A stretch of DNA of 62,031 nt, the filler included, from Choristocarpus tenellus KU-1152 (lineage: Eukaryota; Protista; Phaeophyceae): NCBI GenBank assembly GCA_964200185.2. It is 10 parts of 10 records of this genome, joined end to end, with 100 filler letters (N's around TTAATTAATTAA, not from the genome) between each part and the next. Parts side by side here need not be neighbours in the genome. Positions count along the whole stretch, not along the records: positions 1 to 17,963 come from CAXNAD020000599.1; positions 18,064 to 28,391 come from CAXNAD020002987.1; 8 more parts are not named here. The stretch is one strand, 5' to 3'. Numbering within the stretch: position 1 is the stretch's first letter; the number at the start of each line of letters is the position of its first letter. Below are positions 11,973 to 24,599 of the stretch, in pieces. The notes below the pieces were generated by a model. It saw only the letters and a program-made list of their open reading frames with translations. It was not told the DNA's origin and searched no databases. The position numbers and the translations under genes are program-made.

Positions 11973-14900
11973 TCATGACAGCCCCAAAACCTGATCTCTG
12001 ATGAGCTTCTTGGCTGCTGTTACCCCTGCCCCACCCACCGCCTTCATCCTTGCACCCTCCCTACCTCTACTCTTGTCTACAATATACTCAGGCATGCGAT
12101 TGCCAAAGTAGGTCTGTTACAATATTGCAATTTTGGGAAAGGGAGGCTTTGTAGGTATGTATGTGTGTGTATATATGTATGAACGTAAGTTGCACTTGTT
12201 GTGACTACCAATAACAAGGAAGGAAAAAGATTGGTGTGTGACCTGCCGGTTCTAACAAAAAAAAGTAAATATTATGAGCCACAAAAATGAAATAAAATTT
12301 CCTCACCCCTTACGAACAAACCTCAAAAATAAGAGATGGGGTGCAAGGGGGGGAGGGGATATGTGGGTCAGGAACATTAGAAAAACACAAAAAATTCAAT
12401 AGTGAGTGGGGTGAGACACCTTCCTAGTATAGACACTCGCGAGAAGATAATTACATTGTCAGGTGTGACAAGCGTCAAGGAAGAGACACAAAAGGGTAGT
12501 CTGAATCCAGCTTGGTTAAGAAGCCACAATGTCAGGTGTGCTATTAATGTCATGAATACACTATGGTCATGATGTTGCACATGCAATCTCAAAGTCACCT
12601 CACAACATACATCCACCTGTACATTACAAATGTTATCCATGAAGGGGGTTTAACAGCCACAGAAAAAAAAAATGGAGAGAGCATACTCGTTCTTGGACAT
12701 TTTCACACAGCAGACATTTACTATAGGGAGCACATGTTGTAAAATAGTGTATATAAAAATAAATATAAATATATACTAAAGAACATTAGACACAGCAAGG
12801 AGATGGAGGATGGAGACAAAACCGTGATACGTGATGTACATGGAAGGGATGTTCATCCAGCACAAATCGTTTAAAAAAACAAAAGGTGGTCGTTGTGGTG
12901 GGGGGGTAAGAGTCCATACCTTGGGTAACGTAACACTCAACACAGTGTTGTGCCATAACACACACCGGAAGGTGACAACATTTCGTAACACTACAGACTG
13001 CCTGCCCATGACTCTCAGTTCCAAAACATAGACAAAAATGATTTAATGCTTGTAAAGCTCAGGTTCAAAACATATGTAACACGTGTCATGCGTAAAAGAC
13101 ACTAGAGGAAACATCAACACAATTAGTCCAACACTGCGTTATGTTGCCTAAGGCATGCAAGAATTCAACCGAGGGATAGATAAACAAGGCTCCACTATCT
13201 GGTTGGACCCCTTTGGTACACCGGTCCCTGCCCTTCACAATTTATAGATTGAATGGATAAAACTTTGACTTTCCCCACAACCAATGTAGAAGGAAAAGAG
13301 CAGAACACCTTTTCATACCCCACAAACATTTCAAGTTCAGTTTGCTTTTGTAGTTGTTGTTGTCTATCTGCCTGTCCAAGTACTACTTCCCAATCATCCA
13401 CCACTCGCCAGTTGCAATTTTCAAAACGCTAACCTTCTTATCCTGCTGAAAATAGAGCTAGTCCTTTATCTCTATATATATAATTTTAATTTTAATGATG
13501 TGGAGTACAATTTGTAACGCAGTAACTACGTTCCGTACTCGAGTTTGAATATAAGTACTCTCATAGATAGAAACCACTTGATTAAACTGTTGAAAAGAAA
13601 AAAAAGAAGAAGTCGTCTTAACTGCACTAAGAGATCAAGGTGTCTCCAAGCATGCACCACCCCTAAAGTAGAGTCACAGTACAAGCGGGGCTATTTCTTG
13701 CACCGAGTTATCTAACCCTAACCCTAACCCTAGCTTAGAAAGAAAACACACACACACACACAATGCACTTGAGATAAATCAGCACAATGCACAACCCAGC
13801 CTTAAAGGACAACACTCTCAGAGCACAACAACCTCTCAGACTGCAGGACTTGTCTTATCTCTGGCATTTTCTTTTGTTTGTTTCATCACGCACACATACC
13901 TTCAGGTTTTGGTAGAGAGCTCGTTGCCTCAGCACATTCAGATACGCAGGTGTCAGCCTCAACTCATTGGCATCCGCCTTCGTATATAATACAAAAAATA
14001 GCAACATGAAAAAAGAAACATTTACACACACACACACACCCAGAAAGGAAGAGAGTGAAGATTCTGTAGGTAGGTAGAGAAGTGAGGGTTGTAACATACC
14101 AACTGCACTAACAACAAAAAGGAACTTCAAAGGTCTTCCTCACACTCCATCATTCAACACAAGCATAACCCATCCCGACTCCACAAAACCAAGATCAGTC
14201 AAAACCAAGATCAAGAACAGATATCATTGTCACAATGGTATCACTGGGCAAGGAAGGTGAGCAAGTGACTTGCAGTACTGGTGGGACCCTTCTAAAGTAC
14301 AGGTACTACTATTGCGCCAGTACAGTATGGGCACCAGTACTAGTACAGAATGGGTAATAGTACAGTATGGGTACTAGTACAGTATGGGTACCAGTACCGC
14401 TATGGTACCAGTACTAGTGCAGTATGGGTACCAGTACTAGTGCAGTATGGGTACCAGTACTAGTGCAGTATGGGTACCAGTACCAGTACAGTATGGATAC
14501 CGGTGGAACGATTGCACTAGGTCTCCATCTCCTAAAAGCAAGAGTGTATAAAGTCTCCATAGATGAACAATGCACTTGATGGTGAGCATCGGTTTCTTTA
14601 TTTTCAATTTCCACAAAAAACGCTTCCAATCCACACACTTTCAGCAACAAAAAAAAATTCAAAATAGGGAGGCGCACTCTTGCCTGGAGATAGATACGCC
14701 AGAGGGTGAGAGACAGGAAAATAAAAAATTATTTGCGGCCAATCACAACCTATATAAAAAAAATAATCACTGACAAATATATACATATATATATATGTGT
14801 GTTTTCACAACCTATAAAAAAAATAATCACTGACAAATATATACATATATATATATGTGTGTTTTCACAACCTATAAAAAAAATAATCACTGACAAATAT

Positions 14901-17408
14901 ATACATATATATATATGTGTGTGTGTTTCACAACCTATATAAAAAAATGATCACTGACAAATATATACATATATATATATGTGTGTGTTTTCACAACCTA
15001 TATAAAAAATAATTACTGACAAATATATACATATATATATGTGTGTTTACATATCTCCTACTGATTCAATACTAAGCACATTTAATAATATTATTATCAT
15101 GATAATAAGAGAAATCGAGAGTGATAGTAGTTGCATGGATTGTAACTATCATAATCTGTTTCTCCACAAATTCCTACAGGTCGTGCGATTACCAACCTGT
15201 GTGCAACGCACGAGAACTAATTCTCAATGAACCGGAAAAAAAAGAGGATTTAGGATGTTGCTGAGATTCTCTCACTCCTGTGACCACCATCAGGGAATCC
15301 CCCTCCCCCCCCCCCCACTCTTTACAATAGCGGATTTACTTCACGCAAACATCCTCCCCTTTCCTTGGTAACAACTCATCTGTAGCAGGTAGATGGACAG
15401 CTTCCCTGTGTACTTGTCAGGCAGACAAATGATTCATCCATGTGTCATCAAATGTCGGAATTCTCAACTGTCTTGACCTGTCCACTCTACAACACACTAC
15501 AGATGACCACATCCTCCATTTCAATGCCCCTACATCAACGACACTCAATGAAGGGACCAAGACGATCCAACTAAAAAAAATTCAACAGTGCAATGTACCT
15601 GCTACCTTCACCCAATCACACCATCAAGACACAACTAACTTCAACTCAATATCCTGAACACCCAACCATATACAACCCCATTTTTTTTTTTTTTAACATG
15701 TGGGTACATCACAGGGGAGGTACGTAAACTTCTTTTTATTATCATCTGTCCTTATCATGTAGGACTTGACACCCTTCTTGATGCAAAACTGAAACACTGA
15801 TATCTCAACCTCAACATTAAACCCCTCCACCCTACTCTCTAGAACAAACAACTTCGTATGGGAGTTTTGATTTTGTGACACCTTCATAGAAGACGATGCA
15901 TTCAATTCCATTTAGAACGTGGACCAAACCGTTCCTATTTTATTTCTTATTGTGTAAAAAAAAACAGACCGGAGCTTACGCGATGTGCAGCAACAAACAC
16001 GCCTTCGTACAAACAGATGCGCGAACAACTGAAAAGGTTGAAAAAAAAAATTAGCGAAAAAGAGAGTACAACTAGTTAATGGTGAAAATAAAACAGTACC
16101 CCTGGCAGCAAAAACAAAAACATAATAAAAGTTCATAAAAAACAAAACATTAGCATAGACAGCATAAACTCACAGCATAAAAATAATAAAATAAAAGGAA
16201 TATTAAAGTGACACAAACTACAGTCACCACATACCACTCCTTGACATACATACAACATAAACAAAGGAATCTGTCAGTAACTGTCAACCCAACAAAACAA
16301 AAAAGTCGGAACACATAATTCCAACCCCCCCCCCCCCCCCCCCCCCCCCCCACCCCCCCCACACCCCCCAAACAACCAAACCCCCCCCACACAAACCACA
16401 CCCACCCAACACACANNNNNNNNNNAAAGGCGGAACACATAATCCCAACCCCCCCCTCCTCCCCCCCCCCAAAAACCACCACAATCTCATCAAAATTCAA
16501 AGCGGGCTATCTGAAATATAAACACAAGACATTTGAACACACATACAATGCCTATCAACTATAACTGTGCCTGACTCTCCTCCCTTCCCCCCCCCCTTCC
16601 CCGTCCCACCTTACTCCAAACAACATCCATTCCTATCTCTAATCTCCACACCACAGCATCATATACTCCCGCCAGCATACACACCGCCTTCTACTATACT
16701 ACAAAACACACCTCACGGAGCTTAGTGTAGGTGTTTGCATCAGCATGGTCCTTGCTGCGGGCAACGTGCATCTCATCTAATCAACAGGGCCACCACAAGA
16801 GGGCAGCAGACAGGGTACGATGTCAACAGCATCAACACGTGCGTCTGTGCGGACGCACGTGCAGATGGCGCAGGCAACACTCCTACTAAGAGCACTACTT
16901 CAAACCAATTTGAAAAAAAAAAGAGAGTTGCGAATCGATAGATTTGGTGAGTATGTTTGTACATAAACACTCTGGGGTAGCAATAAGAAAATAACAAAAA
17001 AAAGCTCAGCAACATCTCTATCCAGACACAACAGTCTCCTCATTTAAAAAAAAGTGTGTTTTATGACCTGAAGAGGTACAGTAAGTTTATTCCCTATCAA
17101 GGGATTGAGCAACCACAAAAAAACACATAAACACCTACCTATTTGTACTACACACTACAATAAAAATACATTAGGAGAGACACATCCCTGGACAAACACA
17201 CACACACACACACACACAAGTGTGGATACACACCAGTGCACAAGTCATATCTCTTCCGCCCCCCCCCCCTTCAAATTTGAGAACATGAAAATCAAGCATG
17301 TTATCTCTCACTTTGTATTGTCTGTATGCCAATATCACTCTCTTTCTCCTCGAGCTTCCTGGCCATGGTCATTGTGGAAATGTCCCTATCCTTCTCTGCC
17401 ATAAGCAC
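11973..17408 (-). CDS. Erlin-like SPFH/band-7 protein, 3' part; exons 17408-17312, 16776-16712, 13977-13900, 12113-11973
   Basis: Spliced GT-AG with consistent phases: VLMAEKDRDISTMTMARKLEEKESDIGIQTIQ-NEMHVARSKDHADANTYTKLRE-ADANELRLTPAYLNVLRQRALYQNLK-TYFGNRMPEY..., matching the erlin C-terminus (EKxxxKKISEIED...ADA..Y...AEANKLKLTPEYL...IYFGxxIP). The end of the last exon is less certain. Confidence 0.88.
14318..14500. repeat. GTAC-palindrome-rich minisatellite (~22-bp unit TAGTGCAGTATGGGTACCAGTAC-like), in an erlin intron
   Basis: Repeated AGTATGGGTACCAGTACT visible directly. Confidence 0.9.
14742..15050. repeat. ~60-bp tandem repeat, about 5 copies
   Basis: TCACAACCTATAAAAAAAATAATCACTGACAAATATATACATATATATATATGTGTGTTT repeated; consecutive 60-nt lines are identical. 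Confidence 0.95.
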
Positions 17409-17963
17409 CTGTTCACAGACACGCAGACACATGCAGCAGAACTCAGGTCACTACCTTGCCAGTCAACCTTCCCGAAGTGGAGGCATTATTATTATAATCT
17501 CAAGTTTGAAAACCATTACTCTAGCAGTCCTGACTTACCCCTTGCTAATTCAAAAAGTGTCTGTTTTAGGATACCTAGATTCAAGGGTCCCTCTGACTTT
17601 CTGGTGGTGTATGTTTTGGAGCACACAGTCTACATCGGTGGAGTGGATTTTGACCGTTTTATGACAAAGATCAGTTTTACATAAGCAAGGTATCCACATT
17701 AGATCCCTTTCTCAGGCGTCTTCATTTTCTGTACTAAATCACACAAATTTGAACAGGCCTTGAAAAAAATCAACATGGTCAACTACCCCCCCCCCCCTTC
17801 CTCCCCCCCCCCCAGATAAGTCTAGCTCTTGGACAGAAGTGTTCAATTAACATTCCTAAATACACACCCAAAAAAGGGGGGGGGGGGGGCCCAAAAAAAA
17901 TCCCCCCTGAAATGTTATGCCCCACAACATCCAACATCAAAAACCCCGTCAACTAGTGCAAAC

Positions 17964-18063
17964 NNNNNNNNNNNNNNNNNNNNNNNNNNNNNNNNNNNNN
18001 NNNNNNNTTAATTAATTAANNNNNNNNNNNNNNNNNNNNNNNNNNNNNNNNNNNNNNNNNNNN
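17964..18063. other. Artificial contig spacer (44N-TTAATTAATTAA-44N); identical spacers at 28392-28491, 35690-35789, 38313-38412, 41784-41883, 44607-44706, 50834-50933, 53477-53576, 58131-58230
   Basis: Exactly 100 bp each, with stop codons in all six frames. Confidence 0.98.
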
Positions 18064-20520
18064 AAACCCCCGCAATGAAAAAATTTATTTTTAGGGGAAG
18101 GGCCCCCCCCCCCCCCCCGGATACTTTGAATTATTTATTCTGTTGTAACTGAGGTCATTGATCTCTCAGTCAAGAATTATGCGATGTGAATTCAGTATTC
18201 TTGGTTTCTCAATGCAGGATGATGTGATGCGAATTCGGTGTTCTTTCATGAGATACTCAGTGAAAGAAGTCCATGTGGAAAGGCTTGTTACCTTGGCTGG
18301 CAAGGGTTTCCGAGGATGGTTTTAACTCTGATTATATTATACATCCATGTGTGTGTTTGGTACACAGTTTGCAGAGTGAGTTTGGTGCATTTTGAGGGAT
18401 CAAAGGCAGTCTCGAAAGAAATAATTATCAACCATCAACGTACAACTGTCATCTTCTGCTGATAAGAAGAAAGAGTAAAAGAAAAACAAACAAGAGAACA
18501 AGAGAACAAAATTGAACCAAAAGGTGATGCAACTCAAGTGACGTATACTATACTAACTATTTGTGTGGAAAGCAGAGCGACTGTTTTGTAGTAAGGTGTT
18601 CTGATTGTAGTTGATGTGATGATGAGCTAGTGAAAGTAACATCCAGAATGTATCAGACCAATCAACAGTCAGTGTTGACTGGTGGAACTGTATCGTATCA
18701 AGGAACAAACAGATGAGTAGCCTATGTTTTAAGACTCTCCCAAATTGACATCGATTGGTAACGTGGGATATCTCCCAGATATTAAATATAGCAGTATTTC
18801 TTGTGCGGTGGTATCATAAGGCAATGTGAACCAATTGAACAAAAAGCAATAGTAACGCCCAATCCGACTGCTTCATATCGGAATACTGCTAGAATGCCAT
18901 GGACTATTTGTGTTTACACTCAAGAATGCTGTTGCCTTGAGGTTGATGTGTTGTTGTTTTAGTTTTCTTGTATCCATAGAACTTATTGTGGTTCCTGGAC
19001 CCTTCTTTTTCCGAATTCCTTTCCCTGGTGTGAGTGTAACTTTCTGGGGTGCCAAAAATGGAAACACCCCTTCGGGTAACGATTTTGGTACAGTTGTCTC
19101 TCGTTGACAGGGTACTGAGCAAAAAACCTTGTGGTAAATGGTCCACGGCAGATAAGACTAAGGTACATTTTTCTGAATATGTTTCGTATTTTACCAAATC
19201 ATTTGCCACTCTCTGAGATGGGCGTGTTTCTGGCATATACCCTGGATGGTTAGGTTAGAAGTAGATGTTTATCGGCTACAGCATGGTTGAGATCTTTCAT
19301 GCTAAGTTTGGACATCTTTTTATAAATTGGGTCACCAAGAATGGTCATGAATCGAGTCAAAATATGCTTGAATGCAAGGTGCCCAAAGACCTTACGATCA
19401 TGAAAGGGCATGTATTAAACCTTGTATCTCAGTAGGCACCACAAATTGATATCGGAATTTGCCATTTTTTTACAGGACATCATATACATTGATTCATTCT
19501 TTGGTGAAAGAACATTTTGTGGTTTACCCAAATATTCGAAATGGTCTCTATCCTTAGCTTGTTGAGCTTTGAATAGTACTTCAGGGACTACTGCAGAGAA
19601 ACCGATAATAGCGCTAGTGAATAGTTCCGTATCGTTTTGTACACTGGCAATTTCACCTTGTTTGTTCACTAATGGATCATATGCAGGGTAAACCTTGGCT
19701 GTGGAGGCATCCGACTCTGAATGGCATATATTATGGCACAGTGGGGCTAGTGGAAGTGGTGTTTCATCCAACATAACTTCCTCCAATTGTGTCCGGGATA
19801 ACATATCTGGAACGTAGTGCAAACATCCCAGTATATGTAAACTGTTAAGTCAAAGGGTTGTAAGGCTAACGTCCACTGGGTCAATATACTGGAAGTATCT
19901 TGCAATGTATGTAGCCAATGTAATTTCTGAATGTTCATTTTCAACTACAAAGTGCTTCCCTAGACATACAAGCGCCAATGTGTACGGCAAGAATGAAGGC
20001 CAGGCATCTTTTTGAGTTGCCAATTATCGTCTTTGGGTTAGCTGGAAATGGGCACCATGATAGGCTACAATTTGGAAACTATCGTCCTCATTTTTAGGAG
20101 CCAACAAAACTCCCATGCCAATATCACTACTGTCCACTTGTAACTTTTTTCCCTTAGTATAATCTAGAAAGCGTAACACTGGCATGATAGTTAACAGACG
20201 CAATTGTTCCCATAGTTGAGATAGCCTTTTTTATACTTTCGTTGTAAGTATCACCAGGGGTTCAGTTACTGTAACGAATGGGGAATATAAAATCCGAACG
20301 AAGTTTATGGAGCCCAGAAAGTGTTGTAACTCTTTGGCACATTTAGAGAGTTTGCGAGTAGTAAATAATCCAGATTGTATCTAGTGACACAGCCATACCA
20401 CTGGGGCAGACATCGTGTCCCAATTAATGAATGGATTTCGAGCCAAAAAGGCCTTTGGATCGTCTATGGGTTACTCGCACTTCCCGCAGAAACAACAATT
20501 CGCTCTCAGAAGTCGATTAT

Positions 20521-20777
20521 GAGGCAAAGTATCTTAGAGGGTAGAGCAACGTCCATCTGGGGGCCAAAATCCAATGTTGTACTTTTGATGTAATTTTGGC
20601 TATCATGTCTGTTAGGGGATGTCAATATCCTTGTTCCGGACACACATTTTCATAACGTACACATTTTACCTACTCCAAAATGTTTTGGAGTAGGTAAAAT
20701 ATCGTTATAAACCCGTGGGAAGCCAAGCCCAAATGGACAAACAGGGTAAACTCGTACCCTCCTAGACACTTTCACGC
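20521..20777 (+). mobile_element. ~257-bp MITE copy, TSD TTAT, inserted in the gypsy RT
   Basis: GAGGCAAAGTATCTTAGAGGGTA ... ACTTTCACGC, with TTAT on both sides; the RT frame resumes on the other side. Confidence 0.9.
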
Positions 20778-22581
20778 TTATGGTGGTTCCACACTGGGGA
20801 GGCTGGTACAATATCATCAAGATATATCAGTGAATCCATACTCGGTCCAGAGATTAAAATGTTTCTGACATCAAACGTCTATATATCGATTGCGTGCAAG
20901 CAACACCAAAGGTTAGACATTTGAATTCGTATTTCTCCAGACGGTGTAACAACAGCATTTTTTGGCATTCACAGGCGTTGCTGACTTGTAGTCGCCAGCA
21001 GGCTGGCTGAACGATATATGAGAGGTATTTTGCTCCCCCTAGAGAACCCAAACAATCTTCCATTGATGGTAATGGCCAGGAATTATGTACCAATTCTTGT
21101 TTAACAAGAGTCTAATGTCTAAACAGGGTCGAGGAGAGCCATCAAACTTTGTAACTATGGTTACTGGCGACACTAATGAACTTCAGGAAGGTTATATTTT
21201 CCTTCATTTTCCATGTCCTCCGCACAACAACAGATTTTTTCGTGTGTTTTCGGTGTGGATCGATATAGTGGGGGCGATTCACAGGAAATGTGCCTCTTAA
21301 TTGAAATTAACTATTCGTATTGTTGCAGCAGCTCTAGTTTCTCAGAAGTGAGAGAAAATACAAGTCGAATTTTGCAATCTATGACCCACAACAAATTGAG
21401 GGGGAAGTTTAACAGCACGATTAGAAGGTTTGGCAATGTTGACTAGGCAAGATCCATCCTCTTCCGATAAAATTAAAGGTCGACTGGCTATGAAATCTTT
21501 CCATGAGAGTGGTGATGCTAATTGTTGATGAAGTCTATGCTCGTCTCGATAATGAGCTCTACCACAGTATTCTTGGTCGATCCAAGCAAAGACTGAAAAC
21601 GCATTGAAACAACAGTTTCGGTTCTCGAGGTAGTTAAGTTTTTTTTGTGTGACATGTACAGTTATAGTGAACTCACTGCAGCAACAGTCATGTCTATTGA
21701 AAAAGGGGTAAACACTATTTCGGCTGATGGGTGGCGGATTAAGAACGGACATAAGAGAAATTTCATTCGTTGCTGGAATGCGAACTATCCTCCCAGAAAA
21801 TGTTATTTCTTCTCTATCCCAATATAACTTCGCTCCAATATAACAGCCATAATACTATTGTCCAAAAGCACTTGTCAGTACCTAGGGAGGGAAGAATTAC
21901 TCCTTGAATAGGTAGTGGAACTATTTCCCAAGACTAGTTCACATTGAAAAGAAGTCATGTACTTGCAAAGATCTTCCTCCAGCCCCTTAAAAATGGAAGA
22001 CACCATCTGGTATAGGACTGATGAGAGCAGAATAAAGCCTGGGGTGAGCTTGCATCTATCAGCAGCAAATGACCGGAATATCAATTGCGGTTTCAACTGT
22101 GATAGGTGAAACTGAATCATCATTGATTTTGCCAGGAATTGATACTTAACGAGGTGAAATCTGCAAAGTACAAGAATTTTTAGGATAGTGTTGGATTGCA
22201 GGTGTGTGCCAACAATAAGTTGACTTTGTGGAACACATTCGAGTTGTAACAAATTCTTCACACAATCATCCATTGGAAGAATGCTTCGCTGCTAAGATTC
22301 TTATGTCATCAACAAATTGAGTTTGAGGCAGTGGATTGGAATGTGGTCCTTTTGAGTATTAAATCGTAGTAGGTGTTTCCACTGCAGGGTTGGAGCACAA
22401 TAACTGTTAGAAAGGTGTAACTGAGACACTGATTGTTCAAGTGCATCATCAATTGGCTGGTTTGAGCGACAACTTTCTTGGTTGTCGACTTCTGGGTTTT
22501 ATCCCACAGAGAAGTTGCAAGACTCTGGTGTAGGCATTTGTTGATAACGTATTCATTGCTTAGCCTCTCTGAGATTCCTGA

Positions 22582-22843
22582 GATTCAAATAATCTTAGAG
22601 GGTAGAGCCGCGTCCGTTTGGGGGGACCTAAATCCAATGTTGCGATTTTGATTTTATTTTGGCTATCATGTTGGTTAGAAGATGTCAATATCGTTGTTCC
22701 TGACACACCTTTTTATATCGTGCGCGTTTTACCTACTCCAAAACATTTCTGAGTAGAAAAAAGTAATAAAAATACCCCCTGGGAAGGCAAGCTCCAATCG
22801 TACCAACAAGGTAAAATTTGTACACTCTAAGATACTTTCACTC
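22582..22843 (+). mobile_element. Older, diverged MITE copy
   Basis: GATTCAAATAATCTTAGAGGGTAGAGCC ... CTCTAAGATACTTTCACTC; TSD imperfect. Confidence 0.85.
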
Positions 22844-24599
22844 TGAATATCAACATCTTGTAACAGAATATTTCACTCTTGTGTAGGAAACCAAAGGAAC
22901 ATTGAAAATGTGTGACTGAGACATCTATCACTCAAGTGCATGATCAGTTAGCCTATTTGAGTGACAATTTGTTGAAGGATTATCAACTACTGTGTTGGAT
23001 TCCAAAGGATCGTTAGAAATGTACGCTTGAGATGCTAGTCACTCAAGTGCATCATCCTTTCGCCAATTTGAATGACAACTTGTTGAGTTATCAACCATCC
23101 TATCGGATTCCACAGAAATATTGCAAATATCTGAATTGGGCGTAGGTTCCACATAACTTTAAATTTAATATCATGGTTTAGACCATTTGATTAACAACCT
23201 ATCTAACGTAGGATTGCTCACACAACTGAATAGGACACCAACGAACCAGAAAGGGCTGAAAAAAATGTCATTTTCAATCAGACTCATCTATGCCTTGTTT
23301 CCCTTCTTCATCTGTCTCAAAGAACTTGATATCTACAATGTCTTTGACAGAAATAATATTCACCTCAAATGTTTGTTAGAACAACGTGCTGTACGTTCCT
23401 GTCCATGAGTACCTTGAACCAGGTTGAAGGTGAATGTCAGGATTAGGAAGACTAGCACGAGATTATAAAGCTCGCCACAGATCAAGTCTCTGAGTATATG
23501 CTGGCTGGCATTATGAGTCAAAGCATCTAAGAGGGTAGGAATATTGCCCTGTTTGTCCGTTTGGGGCTTCACTTCCTACGTGTTTTCTGTTCTCTTCTTT
23601 GGTTCCTGTGTGAACACAGTTACTTCAAGTATATACGACTACGAAAGGTGTGTCCAGACAGGGAACATATATAGACTCTTGGTAACAAAAAAAGATGGCC
23701 AAAATTAGTCAAAATCGCAACATAGGATTTGTGACACCTAACGGACTCAGCCCTGCCCTCTTAAATGCTTGGACTCTATGCTCTCTAAACTCTCCAGCAA
23801 GACTTCGTATTCTTCTCCAATTCCGCCCAAGACCGTAAAACTGATTCCCCGATTGGTGTATCAAACCGAAAAGAGACCCATTCCTGCGTTTGTCCTTCAC
23901 CTCCTTTTTTGGATGCCTTAGACTAAATCAGTCATCAGGATTGCGCATGTACCAATTGGGTTTGGTGGAGGTGATGGGTTATTCTAAGGAGAATCTTGAG
24001 CGATTCCTTGTCATCATCAAGCTGGCATTTGACTTTCTTTGGTCACATCTTTGTTTGATGTCGACATGATAAAGACTTCTCACTTGGTGAGTTCCCATTT
24101 AGACTATCGGAGTTAGTACCACTGTCGTAAAGTAGGGCAAAATCGGTTGAGAGGCGTGTTCACAATCATCAGTTGTGCTAGAGGGAGGTTGCTTAATCAA
24201 ACTACCAAACCCTCACAACCAATAAATCTTGGGATGAACCTGAATTCAGTGCTGTGGATATTGTCTTGACATTGTTGTCATTGATGTAAAAGTGAACATC
24301 AACAATAACAAATCGTGAGCACAGTATAGTGTGTGTGTGTGTGTGGAAATAGATTTGACTGTAGGACCTGTCCATCACAGAACTACTAATAAAAAGTATA
24401 GGATAATGCGGAACGTAAGGAGTAGCTGTTTTTTTTGACAACCACCGAGTGATGACACGATATATTGATACAAGGCAACATAGAATAGAAGGGACTGCGA
24501 CGAAACCCTAGCCAATATTACCAAACCCCATCACCAAAATGAAAACACTCAAGATATAGTTCCATGTAGTCCAAAATGCTGGTCACGACAGCTTTGCGC

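Larger units (their letters stand above)
18700..24125 (-). mobile_element. Degenerate Ty3/gypsy LTR retrotransposon (RT-RNaseH-integrase order); boundaries approximate
   Basis: RT: NSWPLPSMEDCLGSLGGAKYLS...YEFKCLTFGVA...RRLM, YLDD at 20824-20813, KELQHFLGSINFVR. RNase H: LQVDSSDIGMGVLL...LTQWTLALQPFDLTV...HYVPDMLSR. Integrase-like VLSAVDHL/FGTPES near 19150-19040. PBS-like TGGTAC (minus strand) near 24121. Many stops and frameshifts. Confidence 0.85.

Noticed and set aside
14742-15050. 60-bp periodic array (also 39901-40118 and 61065-61149) as CRISPR-like
   Set aside because: No unique spacers, no cas genes, intronic eukaryotic context; these are ordinary minisatellites.
16300-16480. Duplicated CGGAACACATAAT-poly-C on both sides of the 10-N gap
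   Set aside because: Most likely overlapping low-quality read ends across a scaffold gap.
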